Assembly: GCF_020745735.1 (NCBI RefSeq)
Contig: NC_083427.1
Location: 2,015,438 to 2,079,437 of the forward strand
Length of the DNA stretch: 64,000 nt
Reading direction: 5' to 3'
Origin: Hemiscyllium ocellatum
Taxonomy: Eukaryota
Both the position numbers and the translations under genes were made by a program. Shown piece by piece: positions 62,640-64,000 of this stretch. Each line of letters opens with the position of its first letter. Position 1 is the stretch's first letter. The notes under the pieces are model-generated. The model was not told the origin of the DNA. It saw nothing but the letters and a program-made list of their open reading frames with translations, and ran no database searches.

Positions 62640-64000
62640 AATGCTCTGCAGTAATCGGTGACATCCTGGACTGGAGCACCCAGTACGAGTACTATAGATG
62701 GGTCAGATTTTGTCCAGTGTGTGCAGGAGGGTTTCCTGACACAGTATGTAGACAGGCCAACAAGGGGCGATGCCGCATTAAATTTGATAATGGGTAATGA
62801 GCCCGGCCAGATGTTAGACTTGGAAGTAGCTGAGCACTTTGGTGATAGCGATCACAATTCTGTTATGTTTACTTTAGTGATAGAAAGGGAAGGTGCATAC
62901 CACTGGGCAAGAGTTACAGCAGGGGGAAAAGCAAATACGATGCGATTAGGCAAGAGTTAGGAGACATAGGATGGGGAAGGAACCTGCAGTGTATGGGCAC
63001 ATTAGAAATGTGGAGCTTATTCAAGAAAAAGCTCCTGTATGTCCTAGATAAGTATGTACCTGTCAGGCAAGGAGTAAGTTGTAGAGCGCGGGATCCATGG
63101 TTGACAAAGGAAGTGAAATCTCTGATCAAGAGGAAGAAGAAGACATATGTTAGGATAAGATGTGAAGGCTCAGTCATGGCGCGTGAGTGTTACAAGGTAG
63201 CCAGGAAAGACATAAAGAGAAAGAGCACGGAAGAGCCAGGTGGATAAATGAAAAGTTGTTGGCGGATAAGATCAGGGTAAACACTAAGGCTTTCTATAGC
63301 TATTTAAGTAATTAAAAGAATGACAACAGTAAGATTAAGGCCAATCAAGGATAGCAGAGGTAGGTTTTGTGTGGAGTCAGAGGAGATAGGAGAAGCACGA
63401 AATGAATTTATTCGAGAGTAGTCACTCTCGAAAACGACCATGTTGTCGGGGAGAATACTGTGATACAGGCTACTAGACTAGGTTGGTTTGAGGTTCACAA
63501 GGAAGAGGGATTAGAAATCCTGCAGAGTATGAAAATAGATAAGTCCCCTGGGCCGGATGTGATTTATCTTCGGATCCTCTGGGAAGCCAGCGAGGAGATT
63601 GCCGAGCCCTTATCATTGATCTTTAAATCCTCATTATCTACAGGAATACTGCCAGATGAATTGCACATGTGGTTCCCCTGTTCAAGAAAGAGAGTAGAGA
63701 CAACCCTGGTAATTAAAGACCAGTGAGTCTTACTTCAGTTGTTGGTAAAGTGTTGGAAAATATTAGAATACATTAGGATTTATAATCATCTAGAAAAGAA
63801 TAATTTGCTTCGGGATAGTCAGCACGGTTTTGTAAAGGGTATGTCGTGCCTCACAAAACATATTCAGTTCTTTGAGAAGGTGACCAAAAAGGTAGATGAG
63901 AGTAAATCGGTTGATGTGGTGTATATGAACTTCAGTAAGGAGTTCGATATAGTTCCCCACAGTTGACTATTGCACAAAATGCGGAGGAATGAAATTGTGG
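62640..64000 (+). mobile_element. CR1 ORF2 (EN C-terminus, tether, RT start), running off the window end
   Basis: FLTQYVDRPTRG...HFGDSDHNS; KIDKSPGPDVIYLRILWEA; VDVVYMNFSKEFDIVPH. Confidence 0.93.

Noticed and set aside
62600-62660. Head-to-head CR1 junction suggesting twin-priming inversion
   Set aside because: The two pieces overlap in the endonuclease region and appear to be different decayed copies.

Overview
Vertebrate nuclear DNA, almost certainly from a cartilaginous fish (shark-type CR1, HE1-like SINE, Penelope and Gypsy repeats). There are no prokaryotic features: no CRISPR, rRNA or bona fide tRNA. The only intact host coding sequence I can support is the 3' end of an immunoglobulin heavy-chain gene on the + strand, made of the TM1 exon (725-882) and the short TM2 exon (4713-4721, Val-Asn-stop). 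The isotype is most likely IgNAR, but this is not certain. I saw no V, D, J, RSS or C exons in the following ~59 kb, which is a dense field of retroelement remains. These include many CR1 fragments, L2/Crack-like LINEs, an L1-clade element, an old Gmr1-type Gypsy LTR element and two Penelope-like elements. One Penelope is young, with a 15-bp TSD, a 193-bp inverted arm and an intact-looking minimal hammerhead ribozyme. There are also four Penelope-derived hammerhead fold-back elements. Two decayed copies of a class A GPCR (about 48.6-49.4 kb and 59.1-59.9 kb) sit in a local duplication. The most interesting leads are a possible intron-read-through Ig tail carrying a YxxM motif, the hammerhead fold-back family, and the duplicated GPCR pseudogene. 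All alignments and family calls were made by eye from memory of these families; no searches were run.
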